A stretch of DNA of 64,000 bases from Ranitomeya imitator (lineage: Eukaryota): positions 460,102,001 to 460,166,000 of the forward strand of contig NC_091287.1 in assembly GCF_032444005.1 (NCBI RefSeq), written 5' to 3'. Below are positions 10,126-20,944 of the stretch, piece by piece (position 1 is the stretch's first letter; every line of letters starts with the position of its first letter). Below the pieces are notes generated by a model. That model was not told the DNA's origin, searched no databases, and saw only the letters and a list, made by a program, of their open reading frames with translations. The position numbers and the translations under genes were made by a program.

Positions 10126-12067
10126 GCATTACCAGACAGGCTTTGGGTGCAGGTGGAGGACTGAGAGGAGGTTGAGAGGCAGAAGCAGTGGAGGAACTTC
10201 TAGATACAGAGGATCGACGAGCAACTCGTGGGGATGGCAAGAATTGGACAGCAGCCCCTTCTCCTGATGTCGCCATAGTTACCCAGTGCCCAGTCACCGA
10301 CATGTAACTCCCCTGTCCATGTCTACTCGTCCAAATGTCTGTGGTGAAATGCACCCTGTCACACACAGAATTTCTTAAGGAAGCGGTGATGTTGTGTGCG
10401 ACATGCTGGTGTAGCGCAGGCACAGCTTTCTTTGAGAAGTAGTGGCGACTGGGCATCTGGTACAGGGGCACTGCGACGGACATAAGGTCTCCAAAATCCT
10501 CTGTGTCTACCAGGCGGAAAGGCAGCATTTCTGTAGCCAACAGCTTGCAGATGGAGAAATTCAACCTCTTAGCTTTGTCATGGCTAGGAGGAAATGGTCT
10601 TTTACTTGTCCACATCTGAGGGACTGAGGGCTGGCTGCTGTGCTTAGACAGAGCTGAGTAGGGTGTCCCCGGCAAACTGCTTGTCTGTGAGGAAGGTGCA
10701 GGCAGAGATGTTATATTGCCTTGATCAAAATGTGGTGTCGATGTCGGAGAGCGCTCAACACCAGCAGGTGTTTGCACTTGCAAATGTCCTGAAAACCTGC
10801 CAATCACACTGGCTGTTGCGGGTAAAGAGGTGGAAGGTCTGCATCCAAAACCATGTGCGACTGCTGTCCCCACAGTCACAGAGGATGAAGAGGACGCAGA
10901 TGCACTTGATGGGGCAGACGGTGGTTGACCCGGCCCACTAGGCCACATTGTAGCACAGTGAGCTTCCCACTGCAACTTATGCCTCATATTCATGTGACGG
11001 TTCATGCATGAAGTACTCAAGCTAGTGATTTTTTGGCCTCTACTGAGATTTTGTTGACAAATCTTACAAGCAACATGAGTTGGGTCATCCTTTGCGATGT
11101 CAAAAAATGCCCAGGCTATGCAAGGCTTAGAGCCCGTGCGGCCTGAAGAACCACCACAACTTCTGGTCTGAGGCACAGTTGGGGTTGAGGATGCAGTTGT
11201 TGATGTGCTTCCAGTACTCCATCTCTGTTCAGGAAGGCGCACCGTTACCTCGTCGTCAGACTTGTCACTAGCATCCTTCTCCACCTCCTCTGCTGACCTC
11301 ATGGACTGGTGGACTGGGGGTTGACAGTAAGTGGGGTCTACAACCTCATCATCATCATCCTGTGTGTTCTCACACCCGTCGTCCTCAGAGCCAACCTCTT
11401 CCTGCCCCGACCGAAAAGTCAAGTTTTCGTTCCAATCAGGTATCTCAGTCTCATCATCATCTTCCTTAATGTCTCCACCAACAGGAGTTACAGTTTGGGA
11501 AAGAGGGTCTACATTATGCTCAGAACCTTCTTCATCTGGGCCTGGATCCGACTCACAAAGATTCTGGGCATCAGTGCAGATCATTTCCTCATCTGGATTC
11601 ACAGAAGCTCTGGAGCAAACCTCTGATTCCCAGGCTGTAGTGTGCGTAAACAGCTCTACAGACTCAACCATGTGTGTTACCCCATGCTCAGACGGGCAGC
11701 TGGAGACTTGGGAGCTGTGAGGAAGCAAGTGCGATTGGGGTGACAACTCTGAGGACTGTAGTCGTTGTGATGTTGAAGTTGACATGGAGGAGATCCCACT
11801 TGAACGAGCACTTGATATCCGTTCAAGCACCTGCTGTTTTTGTGCCTTATCTGGAATTTTTGGTGCTGCTTGTAGGGATGGTCATAAGAAAGGGATCATA
11901 TCAGATTGTCCACGAAAAGAAGTAGACCTCTTACTTTGGCTGGAAGATGGTCTTTCTTCTGAAGATGTTATTGTTGCTTTACCATCTACCCCACGGACAC
12001 AACCTTTTTTTCCCTTTCCAACACGCCTATTCCCCTTTCCACCAGCAGCAGGCCTTTTGACACTCAT
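10125..12067 (-). pseudogene. hAT transposase, N-terminal half (BED zinc finger to just past first catalytic Asp), truncated
   Basis: ORFs 11882-12067 and 10100-11830: AWAFF...CKICQQNLSRG...MNRHMNMRH (BED finger), RVHFTTDIWTS; joins the tandem array directly at ~10125. Confidence 0.9.
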
Positions 12068-12129
12068 TTTGGTGCTTAACTAATTGGCAACTCTGTATCT
12101 GTAGTTGTTGGCACAACAACCGATGGATG

Positions 12130-12830
12130 AAAACAGAGCAGAACTGAGTGGCCAAACTATGGTACTAGGCCCAAAACTATTAACTGGATTGGATGCAGTG
12201 AAAATAGAGATACACAGGCGGTGAAGTTAGTTTCACAGGCGGGCTACTCTGCTGACGTGCAGACACTGCTCCTAGGCCCTAAACTAATAACTGGATTAGA
12301 TGCAGTGAAAATAGAGATACACAGGCGGTGTAGTTTCAAAGGCGGGCTACTCTGCTGACGTGCAGACACTGCTCCTTGGCCCTAAACTAGTAACTGGATT
12401 AGATGCAGTGAAAATTGAGATACACAGGTGGTATAGTTTGTTTCACAGGCGGGCTACTCTGCTGATGTGCAGACACTGCTCCTAGGCCCTAAACTATTAA
12501 CTGGATTGGATGCAGAGAAAATAGAGATACACAGGCGGTGTAGTTAGTTTCACAGGTGAGCTACTCTGCTGACGTGCAGACACAGCTCCTTGGCCCTAAA
12601 CTATTAACTGGATTAGATGCAGTAAAAATAGAGATACACAGGTGGTACAATTTGTTTCACAGGCGGGCTACTCTGCTGACGTGCAGACACTGCTCCTAGG
12701 CCCTAAACTATTAAATGGGTTAGATGCAGTGAAAATAGAGGTACACAGGCGGTGTAGTTAGTTTCACAGGCGGGCTACTCAGATGACTATCAGACAATGC
12801 CACTAGCCCAAAAGGATTGGCTGAGCTAGA
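12130..12830 (+). repeat. ~117-bp tandem array (about 6 units) inside hAT, 5' of the transposase
   Basis: Unit CTGCTGACGTGCAGACACTGCTCCTAGGCCCTAAACTATTAACTGGATTAGATGCAGTGAAAATAGAGATACACAGGCGGTGTAG... Confidence 0.9.
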
Positions 12831-15239
12831 TTACACCAAATGCTGTGACAAAATACTTGCACAGCACTGGCACAGACCTGCCTGGAAAACAGTGCTATGA
12901 ACTGCTGTAACTTACCCTGAAAAGGGCTGATATTACAACTAGTCCCGACTCCCTAAACCTATCTCTCTGACAATTTGCTCCAAAAAAACACTCTTAGTCT
13001 GTATAGCGCCCACAGCAGCAGCGGTGCCATCTAACACAAGCAAGGACATGTGACATACACAGCCAATGACACATGCCCTTGCTTGTGTGCATCACATGCA
13101 CATTGCTGTGTGTGTGTACACTGCTGATAGGCTGAGAGACTGCACCACCCCACTGTAAATGCGAGAAAGAAAAAAAAATGGAGATTGGCGTTATTTCAGC
13201 ACAGATCTATCCCTCGCTCTCCCCCGCCCACTATACACTGAAACAGTCTATTAACAATGATAAACAGTTTTAATGTGCAAATCAAGCTAGGCTTTTGGTG
13301 AACAAACAGTTATCGCACAGAAACTCGAACAGACGAATTTTAAGCAAATTGTTCGGGTTCATCGAACAACTTGAACACTGCCCCAAACAGCTCGAATTTG
13401 AATTTATTGAACAGTTCGACTCGAACACCACTCATCTCTAGCCATAAACTAAGGGGAAAGACAAAAGTTGTAGTCAAGTCATTGTTGGAGGTCAGAATAT
13501 GAGGAAGACAGTGGATCTGAGCAAAGGGGCTAGGCAAACAGATGATCAGAACAAATTATATAGGCAAAATTTAGGTAATATTTGGCATTTGGGAGAAGAT
13601 CAATAACACAATCATAAGGATGATGATGAGGTAAAATCTCTGCCTTTTTTCAGAGAACACATCTCCAGAGGCTTTAAGGTACCTCGGCAGACCCTTAAGT
13701 CTAGCGTAGCAAATTTGTACAGAACTTTGACATTTCTTATGACAATTGGGGATCCACTTAACAATATCCCGGATAACAATAACAGGTTTGTGAATACATA
13801 GCCATGGATGCCCCAATAGCAACCCAGAAGGCAAATTGTATAGCACATACCAGGAGATGGACTCAGAGTGAAGTGTTCACACTTTTACTGTGAACTCCAC
13901 CGTTATCAGCTGGACAAGATTATGGCATACTGGTGTCTTGTCAATGGCAAAAAATTGAATGGGTCTTTTCAACTAAACTGTCCCTAATGATAATTTCAGA
14001 ACAGTCCAGAGTCAGCAAAGTTGGTAGCAGACCGACAGTCAATGAAAGCCAACACAGATATCCATTGGATCTTAAAAAGTGGTTCCATGTTTAGCAGTAT
14101 TTTATTTGCAAAGTAAAAAGGTACCGGGGTGTCTGGGTGACCTCCTCAACAATCACTAAGACTTAGCAGTTTCCAGTTGGCTTGCTGGAGGGTGTGCCAT
14201 GCAGTGCTTAAGGAAATGTTTTGCCCGGCCACAATAGAGGCAGATTCCAAGATTGCACTGACGTCTCCTCTCAATGGCCCGAGAGCTGGCAGCTCTAACG
14301 TCCATTGGTTCTGCCTCAGGTAAGTGGACGGACTCTGGAAGAATGACTGAAATACCTTACCACTCATCATTGTCTCCTGAATTCTTTGGTGCACTCGAGT
14401 GGCCAGAGTCATGGCCTCCCCCAAGAAACAAGGTGGAGTATGCACAGCCAGAGTATCCTTAAACATATCAGATTGACCTCTGGAACTGGCACCTGAGAGC
14501 TGCACTTCTGTGTAAGATTCATGATCTTTGCCTCTGTGACCTGGACTCAAAAAGGCATCAACAGAACATCGTTCTGGGGCTAGTGAGAACAAAGAAAATG
14601 CCTAAGTCTGAGAGCCCCATTGCATTAGGGACATGATTATTTCCACCCGCCTGGACTCATCCCCTGAGGACCAGGGTCATAAGGTAAAAAATAGTCTACA
14701 GCTCTCTCTGAATACCTTAAACTGGTCTCTCTCCCCCCCAAAATGTATCAGGAAGTGCCACTACTAGTTTGGCAAAGACCAACTGCACATCAGAAGGTAT
14801 GGAAGTCATAGCTATAGTCTATAGTGTAGAGTTTTGGGAAGCACCCATACTACTACAGTACTAGAAAACTGAACCTGCAGCTGGGATTTTGAAGATTCTA
14901 GCTAGCTTCTGGTGCTCTCTGACTATATTCTTGAACACAGGGTCAGATTCACCACTTGATCACAGAGTGTATGAACAGGATCCATTGGTGGGTATAAAAA
15001 AGTATATAACCAGTCATAATATAATGCTAGTCACCACTCACGGGCAAGCTGGCTATGAGTTAGGGTGGTCAAATATCCTTGGGTCAGATACCAAGAGAGC
15101 CCATCATAAACTAAAGTGGAAAGACAAAGGAGTAGCCAGATCATGGTCCGATGTCAGAATATGAGGAAGATAGCGGATCAGAGCAAAGAAGCTAGGCAAA
15201 TGGAAGGTACAGATATATTGATGATATTCTGTTTATCTA

Positions 15240-17780
15240 ACAGGGATCCATAAAAGATCTAAGTATTTTTATGTCGGGCCTGAACCACAATGACTCCAAC
15301 ATCAGGCTCACATATGCGTTTCACCGATAGGAGATCTCTTTTCTTCATATCCTAATTAAAAAACAACATGATGGATTACTTGGTACTAACATTTATAGAA
15401 AGGAGTCCTCTGTGAACGCATTATTACATGCCAAGTCTGCCCATACTAAGTCTACGATCAATGCCATCCCAACAGGTCAGTTTCTTTGTATACGAAGGAT
15501 CTGTTCTAGCGATACACTTTTTGAAAGGCAGGCAATGGACCTTGGGGAGAGATTCATTGATAGGGGGTACAGCAGGAGATGCATCAAAAGGAGCTATGCT
15601 AGAGCTAGAGGCACTAATAGGAACGAGTTACTCCAACCCAGTGAGAGACATGATGGCGACTGCTCCATCCGCTTTATATCAACCCTTAACCACCAATGGG
15701 ATGCAATTCGAATGGTGTTGCAAAAACACTGGTCAGTTTTAAAAACTGATCCAGTGTTGTCTAAACTGATACCTGATGCATTACTTATGACAGCACGCAA
15801 GAGTAAAAACTTTAAAGACATTCTTGTTGACAGCCACTATGTAGCCAAAGCTCCCAACCCTTTTAGAGATGGAAAACAGACAAGTGGCTGTTATCCGTGT
15901 GAAGATTGTCTGGCGTGTAAAAATCTCACCCGCACAATGTCCTTTACTTGAGCAGATGGCTAACGGAATTATAAAATTAGGGATTTTATTTCTTGTGGAA
16001 CGACACATGTGGTGTATTGTGCTAGATGTACATGTGGGCTACTATATGTGGGTCTCACATGTCATGAACTGACAGTCAGAACACACGAGCACGTCAGGGA
16101 TATCCTGGTGGCAAAAAATGTTGACGATGTGAGCTCACTGAAAACGATCCCCATTCACTTCAGGGTACATCATAATTGCAATCCAGCAGAGTTTAAGATG
16201 TGGGGTATTGATGGAGTCCGCTTAGGCATCAGAGGTGGGGACGCAAAACAGATACTAGCACAGTGGGAGTGTCACTGGATTCCGGTCTTGGGCACCATGA
16301 CACCAGCAGGTCTGAGCATTTGAGCTTCGTTCCATTTTTATAAGATTCTGTTCTCTGGATTTGTTTTTTTATTTATGTATTGTCTTTTTTTTGTTTTTCT
16401 ATAGTAATTGTATATAACGGTAATACTTTCTGAATCCCATCTTGGAGTACTATGTTGAAATTCGTATGTGATTGGCTTATCAACTTAATGTCGGAGGACC
16501 TTATGAACTGCTTTTTGGAATACTAAACCTCTTGGCTATAATGGACATAATATATTTTGTTAGAATTATAATGGACATATATTTTGTTAGAATTCTACTG
16601 TATGTAATGTTTGATACTGGGTAGTATGCTATTGTTATTATGATATACATATGTGTGCATTGTGGATATACACATATGTACTAGATATATGTCTTTTGGC
16701 GGAATGTTTATTTTTTATTTTATTTTTTTGTTGTGCATTTTCTTATATATGCAATGAAATTGTAGGCACTTTCTCTTACTATATTGAGCATATTAATTGC
16801 TCTCTTTGATGTAATATTAGCACTGTCACTTTAATTTACCATGCACTGTCACTTTACAATGTATTGATGTTATACTTACTTATGCAGTAAGAAAGGAGAA
16901 AATTATGCGGCACTCACCCCAAATTAGCTGTGAAGATTGTGATCTTTATTGGAGAAAAATGAAGATAACATCAGTCAGGACATCAGGTAAATAAGAGGGT
17001 GCAGTATAGGAGCACGGACGACGGCCGTTTCGCACACACAGGTGCTTCGAGAGCGGTGGTCTCGCTCTCTGACGGCCTCGCCGAAGGCCTTTTGTACCGG
17101 CACTTCCTGGTTTAGTGACGTCTAAGGGGGTTTGCCCCACTAGGCTGTGCAAGTTGAGGCCGGATGTGATGCGGTTATTGATTGGTGACGCGCCGCGCAT
17201 GCGTCGTTATGGCTTGGACGCCCGGGATTTAGTATTTAATGCACAAGAAAATACATAGCCAGCTACAGCCCCCAAGGAAGCCCACACGAAATGCGCGTTG
17301 GGGCTGCCGCATAGGATCCCTAGATGGCAAGAACTATGGGTAGGGATAGTGTGTGACATTTTTGTATATATTCGTGCTCCCTTAAAGTGGTACATACCTT
17401 GTCCATAGTGGCGATTCTTTCTATGACCTGAGTATGATTAATTGGAATCTCTGATTGAGATTGAGGGAGCAACCCTAAGTGGGTCGCTTTTATATGATAA
17501 TATAGTGGTTAGAACCTGTTCTACCCCCACTAATATTCGGGATCTATATGCTCTTGCACCTGTTACCCATTGATTTGCTTTGTCTCTCATTATATGTATT
17601 ATTTATATATATGTTGTTTTTATGATATATAATGTTTTTAATAAAAATCTTTACTATTTGCATTTTTGGGTCGTTTTATACTCTTTTTTTGCTCTGTCGT
17701 TAATTATGTCTTGGAGAATGTCCTTGGCTATTGTTGCCTTCCTCATTACAACATTGAGGATTTAACTATATTGAAATATG
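15240..17780 (+). mobile_element. Penelope-like element (Neptune-type), 5'-truncated: RT thumb, Cys motif, GIY-YIG endonuclease, 3' UTR/pLTR
   Basis: ORFs 15412-15951 (LLHAKSAH...RRIC...GY...GCYPCEDCLAC) and 16009-16323 (YCARCTCGLLYVGLT...RTHEH, GIY-YIG-like); degenerate hammerhead-like motif at 17266-17306. Confidence 0.85.
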
Positions 17781-18309
17781 CTTTCTGAATTGAGGACTGT
17801 GTATTTACAAGGCAAACATGTACCACCAAGCAATTGCTATGACTGGCAGTGATCTGGGGCTGCTAGTTTAGCTAAATAGCTGGGTAATCACTTAGAACAG
17901 GGAACACCTAAAGGACTATCAGCATCACCCATTCTCAGATTGGACAGCTGAACTATCTATCAAAATACTGAAAGTTCAGCACGTCCCTTCACTAGATTGG
18001 ACAAGTGAGTTGTCACTCACTGCGTCCAAGACACACTGAGCGGAGGAATTGTGACACTTATTTCTTACTCAAACTTCATTGTGTGATTGCTGATCCTGAT
18101 CCAAATCCCCCTAATCTCCTTATTTCCCTCTCATTACTTTCATATTTTCTCTTCCGCATATCTCCTTCTCACACGTCACCCCATATTCTTCTTTTTCATT
18201 TTCTTATGGAAACTACCTGGAGCAGCACTTAAAAACTCAAGAGACCACCACACTCACAAATATGTTTTACCTGACAATCCCTGAACAAAAGCCTTCCATT
18301 TCTTTAGTT

Positions 18310-18714
18310 TATACAGGTTGAACACGGGATCCAAAACGTGAGACAGAAGATGTAGTCGAGGTGCGAGCCAGAGAGTCAAAGCCAGACGGGAAACATACTA
18401 ACAGAGACGGAAAGCAGGAGGCAGGGTTCAGAATTCAAGCCGAGTCATACACTGTAGGGAACTACCAAACTTACACTAAATCAGGCATAGAAAATGGGTC
18501 AGGCACAAATACGGGTAGTCAGAGGCAGAAGGATCACTAGGGTATACGGGTCAACTGCTCAAGCCAGAGGCTGGAACTATCACTGACAAATGCTATCAGA
18601 AATGTCACCATTAAATAGCCACCCACGAACCAAAGAGAGGCAGGAAAGGTTAACCCCACCATAACCAGGCGGGGAAAGAAAAGCAAGAAGCAAACCCCAA
18701 CCTGGATCATGACA
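18310..18714. mobile_element. Probable solo LTR fragment
   Basis: Purine-rich LTR-like composition with TTAAATAG, ending in ...ATCATGACA; left end not defined. Confidence 0.4.
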
Positions 18715-19061
18715 ATCAGTTAATATTGTGCAAGGGGCCGCTTATCATCTGAAATTAAGGAAGCATTGTTGTTGAGCTTCTCTTTCTCATACATTAAAAC
18801 TCATAATATTTTTGTACTATTTTACCCAGGACCAGCGTCGAGGCTCAATGTTTGGTACTGTCATCAGGGACTCAGACACACAGATAGAAAGAAGAGGTCT
18901 GCCTGTTACTGCCCATTAAACTTGCACTCACTCAATCTTCACCAGCGATACATCCATATAATTTTAATTTTGCAAAGAAAACAGGCTCATTTACTTCGTA
19001 GGGTCAAATTCATTCTCAAAAATGAAGAAATAGCAATAAAAATTTCTAGGGATTTCTAGGG

Positions 19062-19551
19062 ACACCGTGTCTGCAAATTGAGATACTGATTTGGCTTTTA
19101 TCCTAAGTCATATTGCACAACTCGTTAAAGGGTTGATTGTGACTTGTAGGATCGCTACTTCCAACAGGTGGCGCTATAGCGTTTAAGTTCTCTTTTTCTC
19201 TGAAGAGGCAATTTGCATATTAAATTTCCCAGAGGAGCATTGCACAGCGAATAAGCCTCCTTACCTTGACATACCATAGCTGGTATATCACTCTCCACAA
19301 GGAGAAACCTTACCCCTTAGACCCCAGTCCAGAGCCTCTCACCTAGCCAAATTAGTTTTCGTGCTTCGCACTGACGAGGGCCAACAGCCAGAAACACCAT
19401 GTCTGCGAATTGAGATACCGATTTGGCTTTTATCCTAAGTCATATTGCACGACTCGTTAAAGGGTTGATTGTGACTTGTAGGATCGCTACTTTCAACAGG
19501 TGGAGCTATAGTGTTTAAGTCCTCTTTTTCTCTGAAGTGGCAATTTGCATA
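19062..19551 (+). mobile_element. 1.5 units of a 332-bp hammerhead-containing direct repeat (satellite-2/retrozyme-like)
   Basis: 19062-19220 repeats at 19394-19551 (GTC at 19069 and 19401, period 332); hammerhead at 19365-19409; ATTTGCAT octamer at 19211 and 19543. Confidence 0.75.
19365..19409 (+). ncRNA. Type I hammerhead ribozyme motif (one helix II mismatch)
   Basis: TTCGCA-CTGACGA-GGGC CAACA GCCA-GAAA-CACCAT-GTC-TGCGAA: 6-bp helix I, intact CUGANGA/GAAA/GUC core; helix II closing pair is G-A instead of G-C. Confidence 0.75.
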
Positions 19552-20944
19552 GGGATCAGAGAGCGAGTTCCTTCTTTTCTACTGTTTTCGGGCCTTTGGC
19601 TGTCTTGGTTGCACTTTGCACAGGTCTTCTGTAAGCCATACAAGTATGCCATAACTGGTGCAATTGGATAGTAAAGTATGAAAGAGAATTGTTTTCTTTT
19701 ACACCATCCATTTTCAGGAGTTGTAGTCCATTCCAAAAATGTGCGAAAACAATATATGCTTTTGAGACAATACAACCATCAAATAAATTCTTTCACCAAC
19801 TGCCCATAGGATGCAATGAAAAATCTCATGATCTCATGAGATGTTATGTTTTTCAACTGCCTTGAGAATTGGAATGAGATTTGTGTGTTCTCCTTATGTG
19901 AGTTTCGAAGTACCTGAAAATGTGGCAGCAATTCTAATATTAGCATTGAAAATAATGAACTGTCAGAACTGTACAAAATACTCCGTAAATGAGACTCACT
20001 TGACAACATAAAAAACAATGTGGCAACAAATCATAATGGGTTATAAATCATCGCTTCTGCTAACAAACAGCAGCTATAATGTTACCTTAAACCCCATCAC
20101 TGAAGTGATATAATATTTTAAACTTTTAACATTACTGCTTAATACAAAATTAATACATGTTCAAGAGAAAATAGAGAAAATAAATTCCAAGAAATGATGC
20201 TGGGATTCTCCAGATAATCAGTAAATTGGAGGATGTGCTCATATCTGTATCAAAAGTTGCATTAAGAGCCTCTAGTGTAGCTTCTGCCAAAAATACAATG
20301 TATGCAGCACTATTTTGTCTAACAAAATGACATACACCATAGCAGAAATCTGACAAACACATGGTATTATTGTCAGTGTGGTCCATCAGCAGGTACCAGT
20401 GATGTCTCTCATGTGAGTGATCTAGCACTTTCATGATATTCTGTGTTCTGCTCCTATAATGGAATAGGAGCAATAGGAACAATTATAAAACCAAAGCTTT
20501 TGTGTCTTCAAGTTCTTTGGTGGTGTGAACAGATTTCTACAGACTTGTTCACTGTGCAAGTAGCCCATGTGTTCTTGGTTTTATAATTGTTCTCTTGTTT
20601 CTACAAGACTGGGGAGTCCACCACTCCTCTGTGGGTCATTTGCATTGTAGCTGTTCCATCCTGCATGTTCTACATGGATATTTTCTCTCTGAACCCTGTT
20701 CATACAGGTACTATACAGATAATCAGGTTTTTAAATACATCAGATAGAGATTATATACATTAGATAGGACTGCTCTATTATGGGTATACCTTGGCGATTG
20801 GTGGAGCAGCTTAACATACTTTTTTTGCAAAAAAAGTATTAACTAAATAGCCTGTATTTTTTCATTTTTTGACTAGCACTTGCTTATTTACTGTGACTTT
20901 TTTACAACAGAGTATTTTTTGACCTCTCTGTGCGCTTTTGTGTC

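Larger units (their letters stand above)
7390..13440 (-). mobile_element. hAT transposon copy with a 3'-truncated transposase, tandem arrays on both sides and a DIRS/Ngaro fragment
   Basis: Termini TAGTGTTAAGC / ACTCATCTCTA; 8-bp TSD GTCATAAA (7382-7389) / GCCATAAA (13441-13448); GTTCG-rich subterminal motifs. Confidence 0.85.
7315..15210 (-). mobile_element. Degraded Ty3/Gypsy LTR retrotransposon; one LTR is split by a hAT insertion
   Basis: LTR-like direct repeat 7315-7389 + 13449-13545 matches 15030-15195. Minus strand gives a Gag-like start MDPVHTLCDQ (~14985), protease-like LAFIDCRSATNF (~14020-14070) and RT-like KFATLDLR (~13700). Confidence 0.7.

Noticed and set aside
19515-20330. Olfactory or taste GPCR pseudogene suggested by hydrophobic peptides (NLLII...YFLLN; PIAPVMAYLYGL)
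   Set aside because: Motif matches are too weak and scattered over frames; no MAYDRY/PMLNP-type signature. An HMM search would be needed.
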